This document shows, piece by piece, positions 6,716-15,118 of a stretch of 18,744 bases of DNA; position 1 is the first letter of the stretch, and each line of letters opens with the position of its first letter. The stretch lies in NCBI GenBank assembly GCA_037142195.1, contig JBAXBA010000071.1, forward strand, positions 1 through 18,744. Direction: 5' to 3'. The position numbers and the translations under genes are program-made. The DNA is from Pseudomonadota bacterium. GTDB lineage: Bacteria; Bdellovibrionota_B; Oligoflexia; Oligoflexales; CAIMVM01. Below the pieces are notes generated by a model, which worked only from the letters and a program-made list of their open reading frames with translations, had not been told where the DNA came from and did no database searches.

Positions 6716-9072
6716 AATATTTCGTAGGAATCGTATGGCTAGCGGTGCTCACGCTCTCTGTTTGGGCCTACGTTACACCCAAAACATACACCAGCAACGC
6801 AAGAATAGTCGGCAAACTCATAAGTTTCAAGGGAGATGTATTTTCTCGAGAACCCTATCAATCTATCTGGAAAAATGTTCTTAATGGCAACCAATTCACT
6901 TCTGGGACTTTTATTTCGACAGGAAAAAAATCGACTGCCGAAATTGAGATTGAAGGAAGTTACAAAGTCAACATTCCGCCAGAATCCCAAGTTTCTTTGG
7001 ACATCCAAACAGGCAATAAAAATGAACTCGTACTAAATATCATTTCCGGCGAGCTGACAGTGTTAAAGCCTGCCAAAAAAGACACCTCGTTTTTTGCGAC
7101 GCTTAGTCGCAAGTATACTGAAATGACTTTAGATAGTGCTCCGATATCTATTTCAGCAGCCGGCTCAACTTACGCACTCACTAACGAAGTAACTAAAGCG
7201 CAGTTCCAAAAGAAAGATGACGGTGTGAGTTTGGTCTACTCGGATGGGAAAATAAACGACAAAGGAAAGGCAACTGAGATTGCGCCTACCTCTGTTCCCA
7301 TTGCGATTACTTCCGAAACTCCCATTGGTATGGAAACCCCAGTTGCTATGGAACCTCCAGTTGCTATGGAAACTCCAGACCCTGCTATTGAGTTAGAGAA
7401 AGAGAAAGAGAAAGAGAAAGAGAAAGAGAAAGAGAAAGAAAGAGCAACAGAACTAGCCAGGGTTGAGAGTATGAAACTCGTCACTGAAAAGCTTGCGACT
7501 TTAAAGGCAGAACTTAAGATCAAACCCTACTCGTTTATTCGACTAAATAAGTCAAAAGAAGATGGCACTAAGAAAAGTGTGGTTCTTAATTTTACGGGTG
7601 CTCGATTTTCAACCGCATATCAATACCCCCTCACTGTAAGCGGCGATTCTAATTTCAAACAAGTCATAATGCCAATTTCAATGACAAACAAACAATTGGC
7701 CTACGAGGTTCCTCAAGCACAAATTGAACAGCAGGTTCAAAGATTTGCAGGAAACTTTGAAATGAAATATGAACTCAATGTGGTGAGTCTGGAAGTAGAC
7801 GAGGATATATCGGTGCCCCTAGACAAGGGAAACATTAAGTTTGTCGATATAAAAAGCGCGGTTTTAGCTAATAATATTTTAGACCTCTACTACTCCCCCG
7901 TTCCTTTTAAGGATGAAGAATGGCAACCGAGATTTGGTGCCGGAGCCATTCAACCCCAACATTCCTTTCAATTCTACAACAACGAATCCCTGCCAAAAGT
8001 GCTGCAAAATTCTTACCAAAATTACGGATTTAACTTCAGAAAGACGATCAAAAAAGACTCATTTGGATTAGAATCCAACGGGACAATTTTTATTAAGGAT
8101 GGTTCTCCTGTTTTAGTAAGTTCAAATACTTTGGATTCTGATAGACTTTCCTCCCTAAAAAATGACGTCAATTTTGATTTCATTTACGATGGAAAACTAC
8201 GAGATTTTTTTAGGTCAGGTAAAGAGTTCTCATCATCGGGGAATCTCACGACAGCCAACTCCGTCTATTTTCCTCAGTTTCTCAGGGAAGTTCAGCTTCC
8301 CACAGCCCTGAGCTCCCTTCAGAAGAAGGGTCTTTTAGAACAATTTGATAGCCCATTCCTCATAAACCAAAAAGAGAGATTGTCGAATCTAGAACCGTTG
8401 CCGTTCTCTGCACCGGAAGAATTGAATAAACCATTCGCCCCCAAAAGAGTTACCGTCATAGAAAAAAAAGCAGATGGAACATTCGCAATAAATCCTTCAA
8501 AGTATGAAAACCTTTTTATAGATCTAGAGCTCACCTCGGCAACAATTATTAAGGCTAATTTTGCGGCTAATTCCCTTAATATGGAAAAAATGGCTCGAGA
8601 CCCCCTCGCGTCCGAAAAACTTGCAAGATTCATATTGGGTCTCAATCAGTCGGATTATGTCATGGTAGTTTCTAAATCAGGAGAAAATAGCGAGCTGACG
8701 ATTATGCAGCAAAAAAAATTGAAGTTTATCAAACAGTCCTTTAAGGACTTAAAAGACTCGAACCTGAATAAAACAGTAGAAGACTTTTTTGGGTATGATT
8801 GTCTCGCCAAAAGTGATGGGCCCGGCAAAGCAATTCTAAGCTATTCAAAATCTACCCGCGGCCAAACCGGCCTCTACATTTGGAAAGACTCCGCAACATC
8901 TGAACAACTAGACCCACAAATCCGAAGCCAAGGTACACCACTACTCGCATCATGTGAACAGCCCCTGAAAGACGGATGTTATGCCAGGGTTATTCCCAAA
9001 GTCGCGTTCCATGGTGTCCTCAAATGCTCTAGCTTTGACCTCTTAAACACGCCGACTTTAAATGCCCACTAG
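6712..9072 (+). CDS. Exported or membrane-anchored FecR-domain protein with low-complexity linker and large unknown C-terminal region
   Basis: N-terminal hydrophobic segment, then a FecR-like pattern VGKL...KGDV..R......W......ISTGKKSTAEI......V.IPPESQV.L; ATGA overlap with the phosphatase stop. Confidence 0.75.
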   Translation: MKYFVGIVWLAVLTLSVWAYVTPKTYTSNARIVGKLISFKGDVFSREPYQSIWKNVLNGNQFTSGTFISTGKKSTAEIEIEGSYKVNIPPESQVSLDIQTGNKNELVLNIISGELTVLKPAKKDTSFFATLSRKYTEMTLDSAPISISAAGSTYALTNEVTKAQFQKKDDGVSLVYSDGKINDKGKATEIAPTSVPIAITSETPIGMETPVAMEPPVAMETPDPAIELEKEKEKEKEKEKEKERATELARVESMKLVTEKLATLKAELKIKPYSFIRLNKSKEDGTKKSVVLNFTGARFSTAYQYPLTVSGDSNFKQVIMPISMTNKQLAYEVPQAQIEQQVQRFAGNFEMKYELNVVSLEVDEDISVPLDKGNIKFVDIKSAVLANNILDLYYSPVPFKDEEWQPRFGAGAIQPQHSFQFYNNESLPKVLQNSYQNYGFNFRKTIKKDSFGLESNGTIFIKDGSPVLVSSNTLDSDRLSSLKNDVNFDFIYDGKLRDFFRSGKEFSSSGNLTTANSVYFPQFLREVQLPTALSSLQKKGLLEQFDSPFLINQKERLSNLEPLPFSAPEELNKPFAPKRVTVIEKKADGTFAINPSKYENLFIDLELTSATIIKANFAANSLNMEKMARDPLASEKLARFILGLNQSDYVMVVSKSGENSELTIMQQKKLKFIKQSFKDLKDSNLNKTVEDFFGYDCLAKSDGPGKAILSYSKSTRGQTGLYIWKDSATSEQLDPQIRSQGTPLLASCEQPLKDGCYARVIPKVAFHGVLKCSSFDLLNTPTLNAH
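7315..7377 (+). repeat. 18-bp in-frame tandem repeat, about 3.5 copies (ETPVAM-like)
   Basis: GAAACTCCCATTGGTATG / GAAACCCCAGTTGCTATG / GAACCTCCAGTTGCTATG / GAAACTCCA. Confidence 0.9.
7396..7437 (+). repeat. Perfect hexanucleotide microsatellite (GAGAAA)7 encoding (EK)7
   Basis: Seven identical GAGAAA units read directly from the sequence. Confidence 0.97.
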
Positions 9073-9208
9073 CTGCAATGGCTAGGCGGTTCCGCTCAAG
9101 ATGGATAGATAGATCTTTAGCTGAGGCCATGAGCCATTTGACCTCCCGCATTATTCAGGCAAAAGCAGTGCTATCACGAGGCATTACTCAAAATTTATTC
9201 GGTAGAAT

Positions 9209-9430
9209 TGGCCTAAGTCGTCTTGTCGTCTATTCAAGTCGGCCTTTTCCAAACTAAGGAAGCCCGCCAAGGGACTTTTAGGCCAGGGACTTTAGCTCAT
9301 TTGAGCGGTCTAATGGGCTAGAATTTCGCTAGATCTTCGACGAATCTTCACCTATTAAATTGGGTACTTAACCATAGAGTTGAACCTGAGTTATGCGCGG
9401 CCTAAGTCCCTTGAGGACTCGGCCCAGGAC
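9209..9430. repeat. Repeated imperfect palindromic element (GGCCTAAGTC / GGACT..GGCC)
   Basis: GGCCTAAGTC at 9210 and 9399; inverted copies CAAGGGACTTTTAGGCC (9268-9284), AGGGACTTTAG (9285-9295) and GGACTCGGCC (9415-9424). Confidence 0.6.
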
Positions 9431-9488
9431 CTGTCTTTGAAGAGAAATGGCTTTTATTTTATATGGTTATGATTTTTTTTCACGAATG

Positions 9489-9523
9489 TATAATTGACAT
9501 TGTATGGTGCCCAATGTTATGAC
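9489..9523 (+). promoter_or_regulatory. Sigma70-type promoter(s) of ffh-miaB
   Basis: Perfect TTGACA (9494-9499), 18-nt spacer, TG-T-TATGAC (-10 at 9518-9523); an overlapping perfect TATAAT at 9489-9494 may belong to a second, upstream promoter. Confidence 0.5.
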
Positions 9524-9554
9524 CATCCCCTTAAGTTACAGGGGATTTGATGAC

Positions 9555-11093
9555 ATGCTTGATGTATTAACAGATGGTTTTAAGAATGCAAAAAATCGCC
9601 TTCAAGGTAAGGCAACCCTAAATGAAGAGAATATTACAGTAGCTTTAGAAGATGTACGAAAAAGTCTTTTAGAAGCTGACGTAGAGTATTCTGTAACTAA
9701 AACATTTCTTGGACGCGTCAAATCCAAAGCACTTGGCCTAGATGTCACCTTAAAAGCAGGATCTGGACAGGATCGACTCAAGGTTACAGCCGGCGATCAT
9801 TTTATAAAGATTTGCCAAGAAGAACTTGAATCGCTCATGGGACCGGAATCTTTCAAATTGAACTTTCCTACGAATCGACCTGGAAAAGTCATGATGGTAG
9901 GCTTACAAGGGGTTGGAAAAACCACGACTACGGGAAAACTAGCTCATTATTTCAAGAACCAGCTTAAAAAGAAGCCTCTTTTAGTTGCTGCTGATATCTA
10001 TAGGCCCGCAGCAGCCGATCAATTGCGAGTATTGGCAGATAAAATTGGGGTTCCTGTTTTTCACATTTTAGGTGCGAAGCCAGAAGAAATTTGCCTCAAA
10101 GCAGAAGCCAAGGCCTACGAACTTGGTTGTGATATGATCCTTTATGACACTGCCGGACGTTTAGCGATTGATGATGAGCTCATGAATGAACTTTCCACGA
10201 TCAAACGAGAAACGAAACCCGACCACATTTTGTTGGTCTGCGATGCCATGATGGGCCAAGACGCAGTATCGACAGCCAAGTCATTCCATGAGCGGTTGGA
10301 CCTTACCGCATTCATCATGTCAAAAATGGATGGTGATGCCAGAGGCGGAGCAGCGCTCTCTGTCAAGGAAATTACAGGACGTCCTATCGCCTTTATTGGA
10401 GCAGGAGAAGGTCTAGATCGCCTTGAAGAGTTTCGCCCGCAAGGTTTAGCATCTCGAATTTTGGGCATGGGGGATGTTGTTGGATTAATGGAGGACTTTA
10501 GCCGAGTCTCAAATGCTGATCGAGAAGAGGAAGCTCTTCGCATGTTAGAAGGAAAGTTCAGCTTTCGAGATTTCTATGAGCAGATTTCCATGATTCAGAA
10601 AATGGGCTCTTTGAAAGACATTATTGCTAAACTTCCCATGCAAAACTTAATCCCTAAAGGCATTAATGTCGATGAAACGGAATTATTGCGCATAAAATCC
10701 ATGATCGATTCTATGACCGAAAAGGAAAGACTCAATCCCAACCTATTAAATGATTCCCGCATCAAGAGAATCGCCAAAGGGTCAGGAAATAAACCAAAAG
10801 ACGTGAATGAACTTGTAAGTCGGTTTAAAGTCATGCGCGGCATTATGGGCAACTTTGGCAAAATGGGAGGACTTGGCGGGCTCATGGGAAAAATCCCAGG
10901 GATGGGCGGCCTAGGTCAGCTTAACGATATGAGAAAAATGGCTCAGCAAATGATGGCTGGCGGGGGAATGCCTGGAATGCCTGGAATGTCAGGCCCAACT
11001 GGCGCTGGCCCTGTGAAGCGCATCGATAAAGACAAGCTGAAAAAAGTTAGAAAAGAAGCCGCAAAAAAGCGCAAAGCAAATCGAAAGAAATAA
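9555..11093 (+). CDS. ffh: Signal recognition particle protein Ffh (SRP54)
   Basis: ALEDVRKSLLEADV, GLQGVGKTTT P-loop, DIYRPAA, DTAGR, DGDARGGAALS, RILGMGDV and a Met-rich M domain (SMTEKER, SRIKRIAKGSG). Start moved to ATG 9555 (MLDVLTDGF), with SD AGGGGA at 9540-9545. Confidence 0.98.
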   Translation: MLDVLTDGFKNAKNRLQGKATLNEENITVALEDVRKSLLEADVEYSVTKTFLGRVKSKALGLDVTLKAGSGQDRLKVTAGDHFIKICQEELESLMGPESFKLNFPTNRPGKVMMVGLQGVGKTTTTGKLAHYFKNQLKKKPLLVAADIYRPAAADQLRVLADKIGVPVFHILGAKPEEICLKAEAKAYELGCDMILYDTAGRLAIDDELMNELSTIKRETKPDHILLVCDAMMGQDAVSTAKSFHERLDLTAFIMSKMDGDARGGAALSVKEITGRPIAFIGAGEGLDRLEEFRPQGLASRILGMGDVVGLMEDFSRVSNADREEEALRMLEGKFSFRDFYEQISMIQKMGSLKDIIAKLPMQNLIPKGINVDETELLRIKSMIDSMTEKERLNPNLLNDSRIKRIAKGSGNKPKDVNELVSRFKVMRGIMGNFGKMGGLGGLMGKIPGMGGLGQLNDMRKMAQQMMAGGGMPGMPGMSGPTGAGPVKRIDKDKLKKVRKEAAKKRKANRKK

Positions 11094-11114
11094 ATTAACT
11101 ATGAGGAGGGAACC

Positions 11115-12509
11115 GTGATAACAACGGATCAACCCAAGCAAAAAAAGGTGCATATTGAGACCTGGGGCTGCCAGATGAATGTTGCAGACTCAGAGAAAAT
11201 GCTTGCCATGCTCAAAACTGAAAACTATCAACTTTGTGACACCCCCGAGGAAAGTGATTTAGTTATCCTAAATACTTGTCATATTCGGGAGAAAGCACGG
11301 CATAAGGTCATTAGCCGCTTAGGCGTGTTAAGAGAGTTAAAGGAAAAGAACCACAACTTTCAAATTGCCGTCACAGGCTGTGTTGCCCAAGCAGAGGGAA
11401 AGCAGCTGATCCAGGACTCTGAGCGCAATATCGATGTCCTTTTAGGGCCAGGAAAAATTGACGAATTGCCTCGACTCCTAAAAGAGAAAGCAATTACCGG
11501 CAAACCACAAATTGCTATTGGTTTTAGACGCCATGAAGAACAACTTGAAATTATTAAAGAGCAAGCATCCCTAGCTCCCACAGAAAGCCTTGCTGGAAAA
11601 AACGAGGTTTCAAGATTTGTAAACATCCAACAAGGTTGCAATAATTTTTGTACCTTTTGCGTGGTTCCTTTTACTCGCGGTCGCGAAGTATCTGAGCATC
11701 CGAACCAAATTCTTGACAACATAAGAAATATGATCGCAACAGGCGCCAAGGAAATCACCCTCCTTGGACAAAACGTAAATAGCTATGGACTAGATCTGGT
11801 AGAGCGAGGTGACCTCGAGGCCAGTTCATCTGGCCCCTTCTATGATATTCTATCGAAGTCTCTTGAAGTAGAGGGACTTGAACGGTTGAGATTCACAACC
11901 TCTAACCCCCATGATTTTACCGAAGACTTGGCAAACCTCTATCGCGACCATCCCAAACTTGGCCGCTACATTCATCTTCCAGTACAGTCGGGCAGCGATC
12001 GCATTTTGGCAGAAATGAAGCGTAAAGTTACACTTGAGGAGTATTGGCAGAGAATCAATTGGCTGCGTGATGCCGTTCCTGATATGGCAATTTCCACAGA
12101 TCTCATTGTTGGTTTTCCTGGGGAAACAGAAGAGGATTTTCAGGCAACTTTGGATCTCGTTGAGCGTGTGAGATATAGTTTTATTTTTGCATTTAAGTAC
12201 TCATCTAGAAAAGGCACTGCCGCAGCTAGATTCAAGGATCAAGTGCAAGACGCTGTGGCAAGCAGTAGACTCGCAAAACTAAACGCCCTTCAAAATCAAA
12301 TCACCATAGAAGAAAATGAAAAAGAATGTGGCCTTACGCGCGAAGTCTTATTTCTCTATGAAAGCAAAAAAGAACCTAACGTCTGGTATGGCAGAACTCC
12401 TCACTTCCGGCTTGTGCGTGCTCGATCTGAGCGCCAACTAGCTGGCGTTACCGCTCAAGTACGCATTCAGACGTCAAACAAGACTGCTCTAGAAGGGGTG
12501 CTCATTTAA
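11115..12509 (+). CDS. miaB: tRNA-2-methylthio-N6-dimethylallyladenosine synthase MiaB
   Basis: UPF0004 domain (TWGCQMNVADSE, NTCHIREKA, TGCVAQ), radical SAM CNNFCTFC, LLGQNVNSY, HLPVQSGS, IVGFPGET and a C-terminal TRAM domain; GTG start after GAGGAGG. Confidence 0.95.
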   Translation: MITTDQPKQKKVHIETWGCQMNVADSEKMLAMLKTENYQLCDTPEESDLVILNTCHIREKARHKVISRLGVLRELKEKNHNFQIAVTGCVAQAEGKQLIQDSERNIDVLLGPGKIDELPRLLKEKAITGKPQIAIGFRRHEEQLEIIKEQASLAPTESLAGKNEVSRFVNIQQGCNNFCTFCVVPFTRGREVSEHPNQILDNIRNMIATGAKEITLLGQNVNSYGLDLVERGDLEASSSGPFYDILSKSLEVEGLERLRFTTSNPHDFTEDLANLYRDHPKLGRYIHLPVQSGSDRILAEMKRKVTLEEYWQRINWLRDAVPDMAISTDLIVGFPGETEEDFQATLDLVERVRYSFIFAFKYSSRKGTAAARFKDQVQDAVASSRLAKLNALQNQITIEENEKECGLTREVLFLYESKKEPNVWYGRTPHFRLVRARSERQLAGVTAQVRIQTSNKTALEGVLI

Positions 12510-12564
12510 ATAGAGACCATCCGAAAAAGCTGTGAATATAGATTCTTAATCTCACTTTTAAAGT

Positions 12565-12584
12565 TATGCCGAATTACCGGCATA
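12565..12584. terminator. Hairpin between convergent transcription units, possible terminator
   Basis: TATGCCG-aattac-CGGCATA perfect 7-bp stem; only a weak T tract (minus strand ACTTT). Confidence 0.4.
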
Positions 12585-12638
12585 TCCCCCCCCATCGTAT
12601 TCAATTTTGGTCATTACAGCTCTGCGTAGATGAGTTAG

Positions 12639-12752
12639 CTACTTCGTTAAGCCACCAGGTGGCAACTTAGCTAGAGTTCTGCTAAAGACCCAATAGCCCA
12701 CAATCCCGGTTACGAACAAAAGCAGCCCCACGCCTATGCATAAATTGATCAT
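12639..12752 (-). CDS. 37-aa single-pass membrane microprotein (not in ORF track)
   Basis: MINLCIGVGLLLFVTGIVGYWVFSRTLAKLPPGGLTK*; ATG 6 nt after the DUF1573 stop, SD GAGG overlapping that TGA; one hydrophobic helix followed by a basic tail. Confidence 0.65.
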   Translation of the reverse strand: MINLCIGVGLLLFVTGIVGYWVFSRTLAKLPPGGLTK

Positions 12753-12758
12753 ATTGCC

Positions 12759-13706
12759 TCATTTAAAAAATCCAAAATATTCTACCCCTACTTCACTTCC
12801 TGCGTCACTAACAAGATTTAATTTTCCGGAAAATGCTCCAATCTTAGACAAACCATTGGTAACTCTCACCCGAAACCCAGTTTGTTCAGAAGCGATGTTG
12901 ACCAGACGTAAGGGAATGATTTCACCGTTTAAAAAGAATGATGCGTTTTTGAGAGTAAAAGTTTCATTCGCCTTTTTGACTATACGAAGGCTGCGCTCCC
13001 TACTTTCACCCTTTGCAATCGGCCCAAATTCAAGATAGCCTGAACCTTGAACTACTTCACTGCCTAAAGTCAAGAAGACAGGGACTGTCACTTCCTTGAA
13101 ATAGTAATCATCCGTTTCTAAGGTAATTGCTCCCGAATATTTGCCTCGAGCTAGTGGTTTTTGAAGAGTCACTTCCAGCGAAGTCCCATTAGAACTCTTT
13201 ATAATTGAAGCAAAACTAAAGTTACTTCGAAAAGATTTGATCGTAATCGCCTTGTTGGCAAGTGATTTTAAGGCTATCGACTTCGTTTCTCCTCCAGAAA
13301 TATCGAGTTGCCCAAAATCAACTATGGGTGGTTCCACCTTGAAAGTCTCTTCAATGCGTGCCTTGATCTTTATGTTTTGAATGGGACCGTCACCAGTTAA
13401 AATTCCGATTCTTCTCTCCAAGCTCCCGCGGAAGTTTTCAGTATCAAATTTGATTCTTATAGAGCCCTTCTCTCCCGGACGATAAAGCTTACCAACTTCC
13501 CTTTCTATCGCCATGCACCCGCACCCTGAGTCAATAGCTTCTATGCGCAATGGGCCCTTGGATGCATTCACAAAGTCCAGATCTTTGTACATTTTTTGGC
13601 CGCGCCAAACCTTGCCGAAATCAACGGATTGGCTGTCAAAGACCAACTGAGAAAGCGCTATTTGGGGCCAAAGACAAAACAAAATAATTGACAAAAAAAC
13701 TGTCAT
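12759..13706 (-). CDS. Exported DUF1573 domain protein (tandem Ig-like domains)
   Basis: Signal peptide MTVFLSIILFCLWPQIALS; DUF1573 pattern DFG.V......F.N....PL.I..I.SGCGC......PGE.G.I...FD; repeated D/EFG-starting domains. Start 13706 follows GGGAGG. Confidence 0.85.
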   Translation of the reverse strand: MTVFLSIILFCLWPQIALSQLVFDSQSVDFGKVWRGQKMYKDLDFVNASKGPLRIEAIDSGCGCMAIEREVGKLYRPGEKGSIRIKFDTENFRGSLERRIGILTGDGPIQNIKIKARIEETFKVEPPIVDFGQLDISGGETKSIALKSLANKAITIKSFRSNFSFASIIKSSNGTSLEVTLQKPLARGKYSGAITLETDDYYFKEVTVPVFLTLGSEVVQGSGYLEFGPIAKGESRERSLRIVKKANETFTLKNASFFLNGEIIPLRLVNIASEQTGFRVRVTNGLSKIGAFSGKLNLVSDAGSEVGVEYFGFFK

Positions 13707-13849
13707 ACACCCTCCCATTGAGGGTGTAACGGCAACTTGAGCTCAAAACGAGATGGGAAATAAATACCTATAGCAAAGACCCAATGACAACCGATACCTA
13801 GCCATCAAAGGAAATAGGTTTGCTTTCAGCAAACAGAAGAAGGAACCCC

Positions 13850-14146
13850 ATGGCAAAAAAAAACGCACCACTGGAAAAGAATAGATACACGAAACTTCTA
13901 GTCCTAAAGTCTAGAAGAAATAAAATTGCCTTGTCTCTTATCGTTCTCATTCTAGCCTACACCGTAATGTTAACATCGAAATTCGCTGACGGACTATCAT
14001 GGCCCATTCTATCGATTCCGATGGTGATGTTGGGGCTCCTAACTCTTCTTGTTCCGCAAAGTGAACAGTGGGAATATAAATATTGGCAGGACAGACCGGA
14101 AAGACACGAAAAAATTACTTTTGAATATGGGCACAAAAAAACGTGA
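13850..14146 (+). CDS. Hypothetical 98-aa membrane protein (2 TM)
   Basis: ATG 13850 after AGGA; basic N-terminus, two hydrophobic helices and a WEYKYWQ motif; GTGA overlap with the next gene. Confidence 0.7.
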   Translation: MAKKNAPLEKNRYTKLLVLKSRRNKIALSLIVLILAYTVMLTSKFADGLSWPILSIPMVMLGLLTLLVPQSEQWEYKYWQDRPERHEKITFEYGHKKT

Positions 14147-15078
14147 AAATATTTGTGATTATTTTCATAGTGCTACAATCAAACTGCGCTGGTTTAAATG
14201 TTTCCAATACCTCTGAAACAGAAGAAGTCGTATTGGACAAAAGCTATCGTGACATTTTTTCTGATACACACGACATGAAACGTCCTAAAACAGAAAAAGA
14301 AGGGCCTTTCCATGTTACTTCAGTCAAAGACCAAGTATTTACACTTGGACCTTCAGATCAAATATCCACTGACATGTTTATTCCTGAACAACATGGAGCG
14401 AGTCCCCTAATTATAATTGTGCATGGAAATCATTACTCAAAGGAAATGCATCTGGCTCAAGCAGAGTACTTGGCTTCCTGGGGAATGCATGTAATGACTC
14501 TGAATCTACCCAATGAAAACGAATGGCTCCTGAACGGCTATCGCACAAAAAAAATGGTTTCCATTTTACGAGCAGTTCCAACCCTAGTGTCCCCAAATGT
14601 AGACATCTCTAAAATTATTCTGGTCGGGCACTCCTTCGGGGGGTCAGCAGTTACAATATCAGCGGCACAAGGCGCCAAGGTGGCTGGACTTGTACTGTTA
14701 GACCCTGCCGTCGTGTCAGAAGAAGTCTACGACTATCAAATGTCCATTAAAGTTCCAGTAGTACTACTTGGCGCTGATAGAAGTATATTTCAGTCTAGGC
14801 AGCGAAATACTTTCTCAAAAAATATAAAGTCACCATTCTTTGAAGTTTCTATTTCGGGAGCTGAACACACGGATGCTCAATTGCCAAAAAGTATGCCTCT
14901 TTTTGACTTTCGACTGCGATCTAATCAACGAGTGGAACGAAGGTCGCTTTTTAAACAGCTTCTATTAGAATCTGCAGTTTCCATCCTTGAAAAAGACTTT
15001 TCTTATCTGTCAGAATCTATTCATGAAACTTCAATAAATTCAAAAATCGACGTTAAACTGGAGCATTGGAATAGGTAG
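14143..15078 (+). CDS. Exported alpha/beta hydrolase (chlorophyllase/cutinase-like), possible lipoprotein
   Basis: PLIIIVHG oxyanion region, YLASWG, nucleophile elbow GHSFGG, LLDP and GAEH (candidate triad Asp/His); N-terminal hydrophobic stretch ending LQSN-C. Confidence 0.85.
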   Translation: MKIFVIIFIVLQSNCAGLNVSNTSETEEVVLDKSYRDIFSDTHDMKRPKTEKEGPFHVTSVKDQVFTLGPSDQISTDMFIPEQHGASPLIIIVHGNHYSKEMHLAQAEYLASWGMHVMTLNLPNENEWLLNGYRTKKMVSILRAVPTLVSPNVDISKIILVGHSFGGSAVTISAAQGAKVAGLVLLDPAVVSEEVYDYQMSIKVPVVLLGADRSIFQSRQRNTFSKNIKSPFFEVSISGAEHTDAQLPKSMPLFDFRLRSNQRVERRSLFKQLLLESAVSILEKDFSYLSESIHETSINSKIDVKLEHWNR

Positions 15079-15118
15079 GTATAGCCACCTAATTAAAGGA
15101 AACTTGCTACTTTGAATC

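Noticed and set aside
9073..9554. SRP RNA (ffs) or CRISPR array upstream of ffh
   Set aside because: No CAGG-N-GNRA-N-AGCAG helix-8 motif on either strand; the repeats are short, inverted and irregularly spaced, and no cas genes are present.
10965..10991. GGAATGCCT tandem repeat in ffh
   Set aside because: It encodes GMP repeats typical of Ffh C-terminal tails.
12684..13785. 11-bp direct repeat AAAGACCCAAT flanking the DUF1573 gene
   Set aside because: One copy lies within the microprotein CDS and there are no mobility genes; likely chance.
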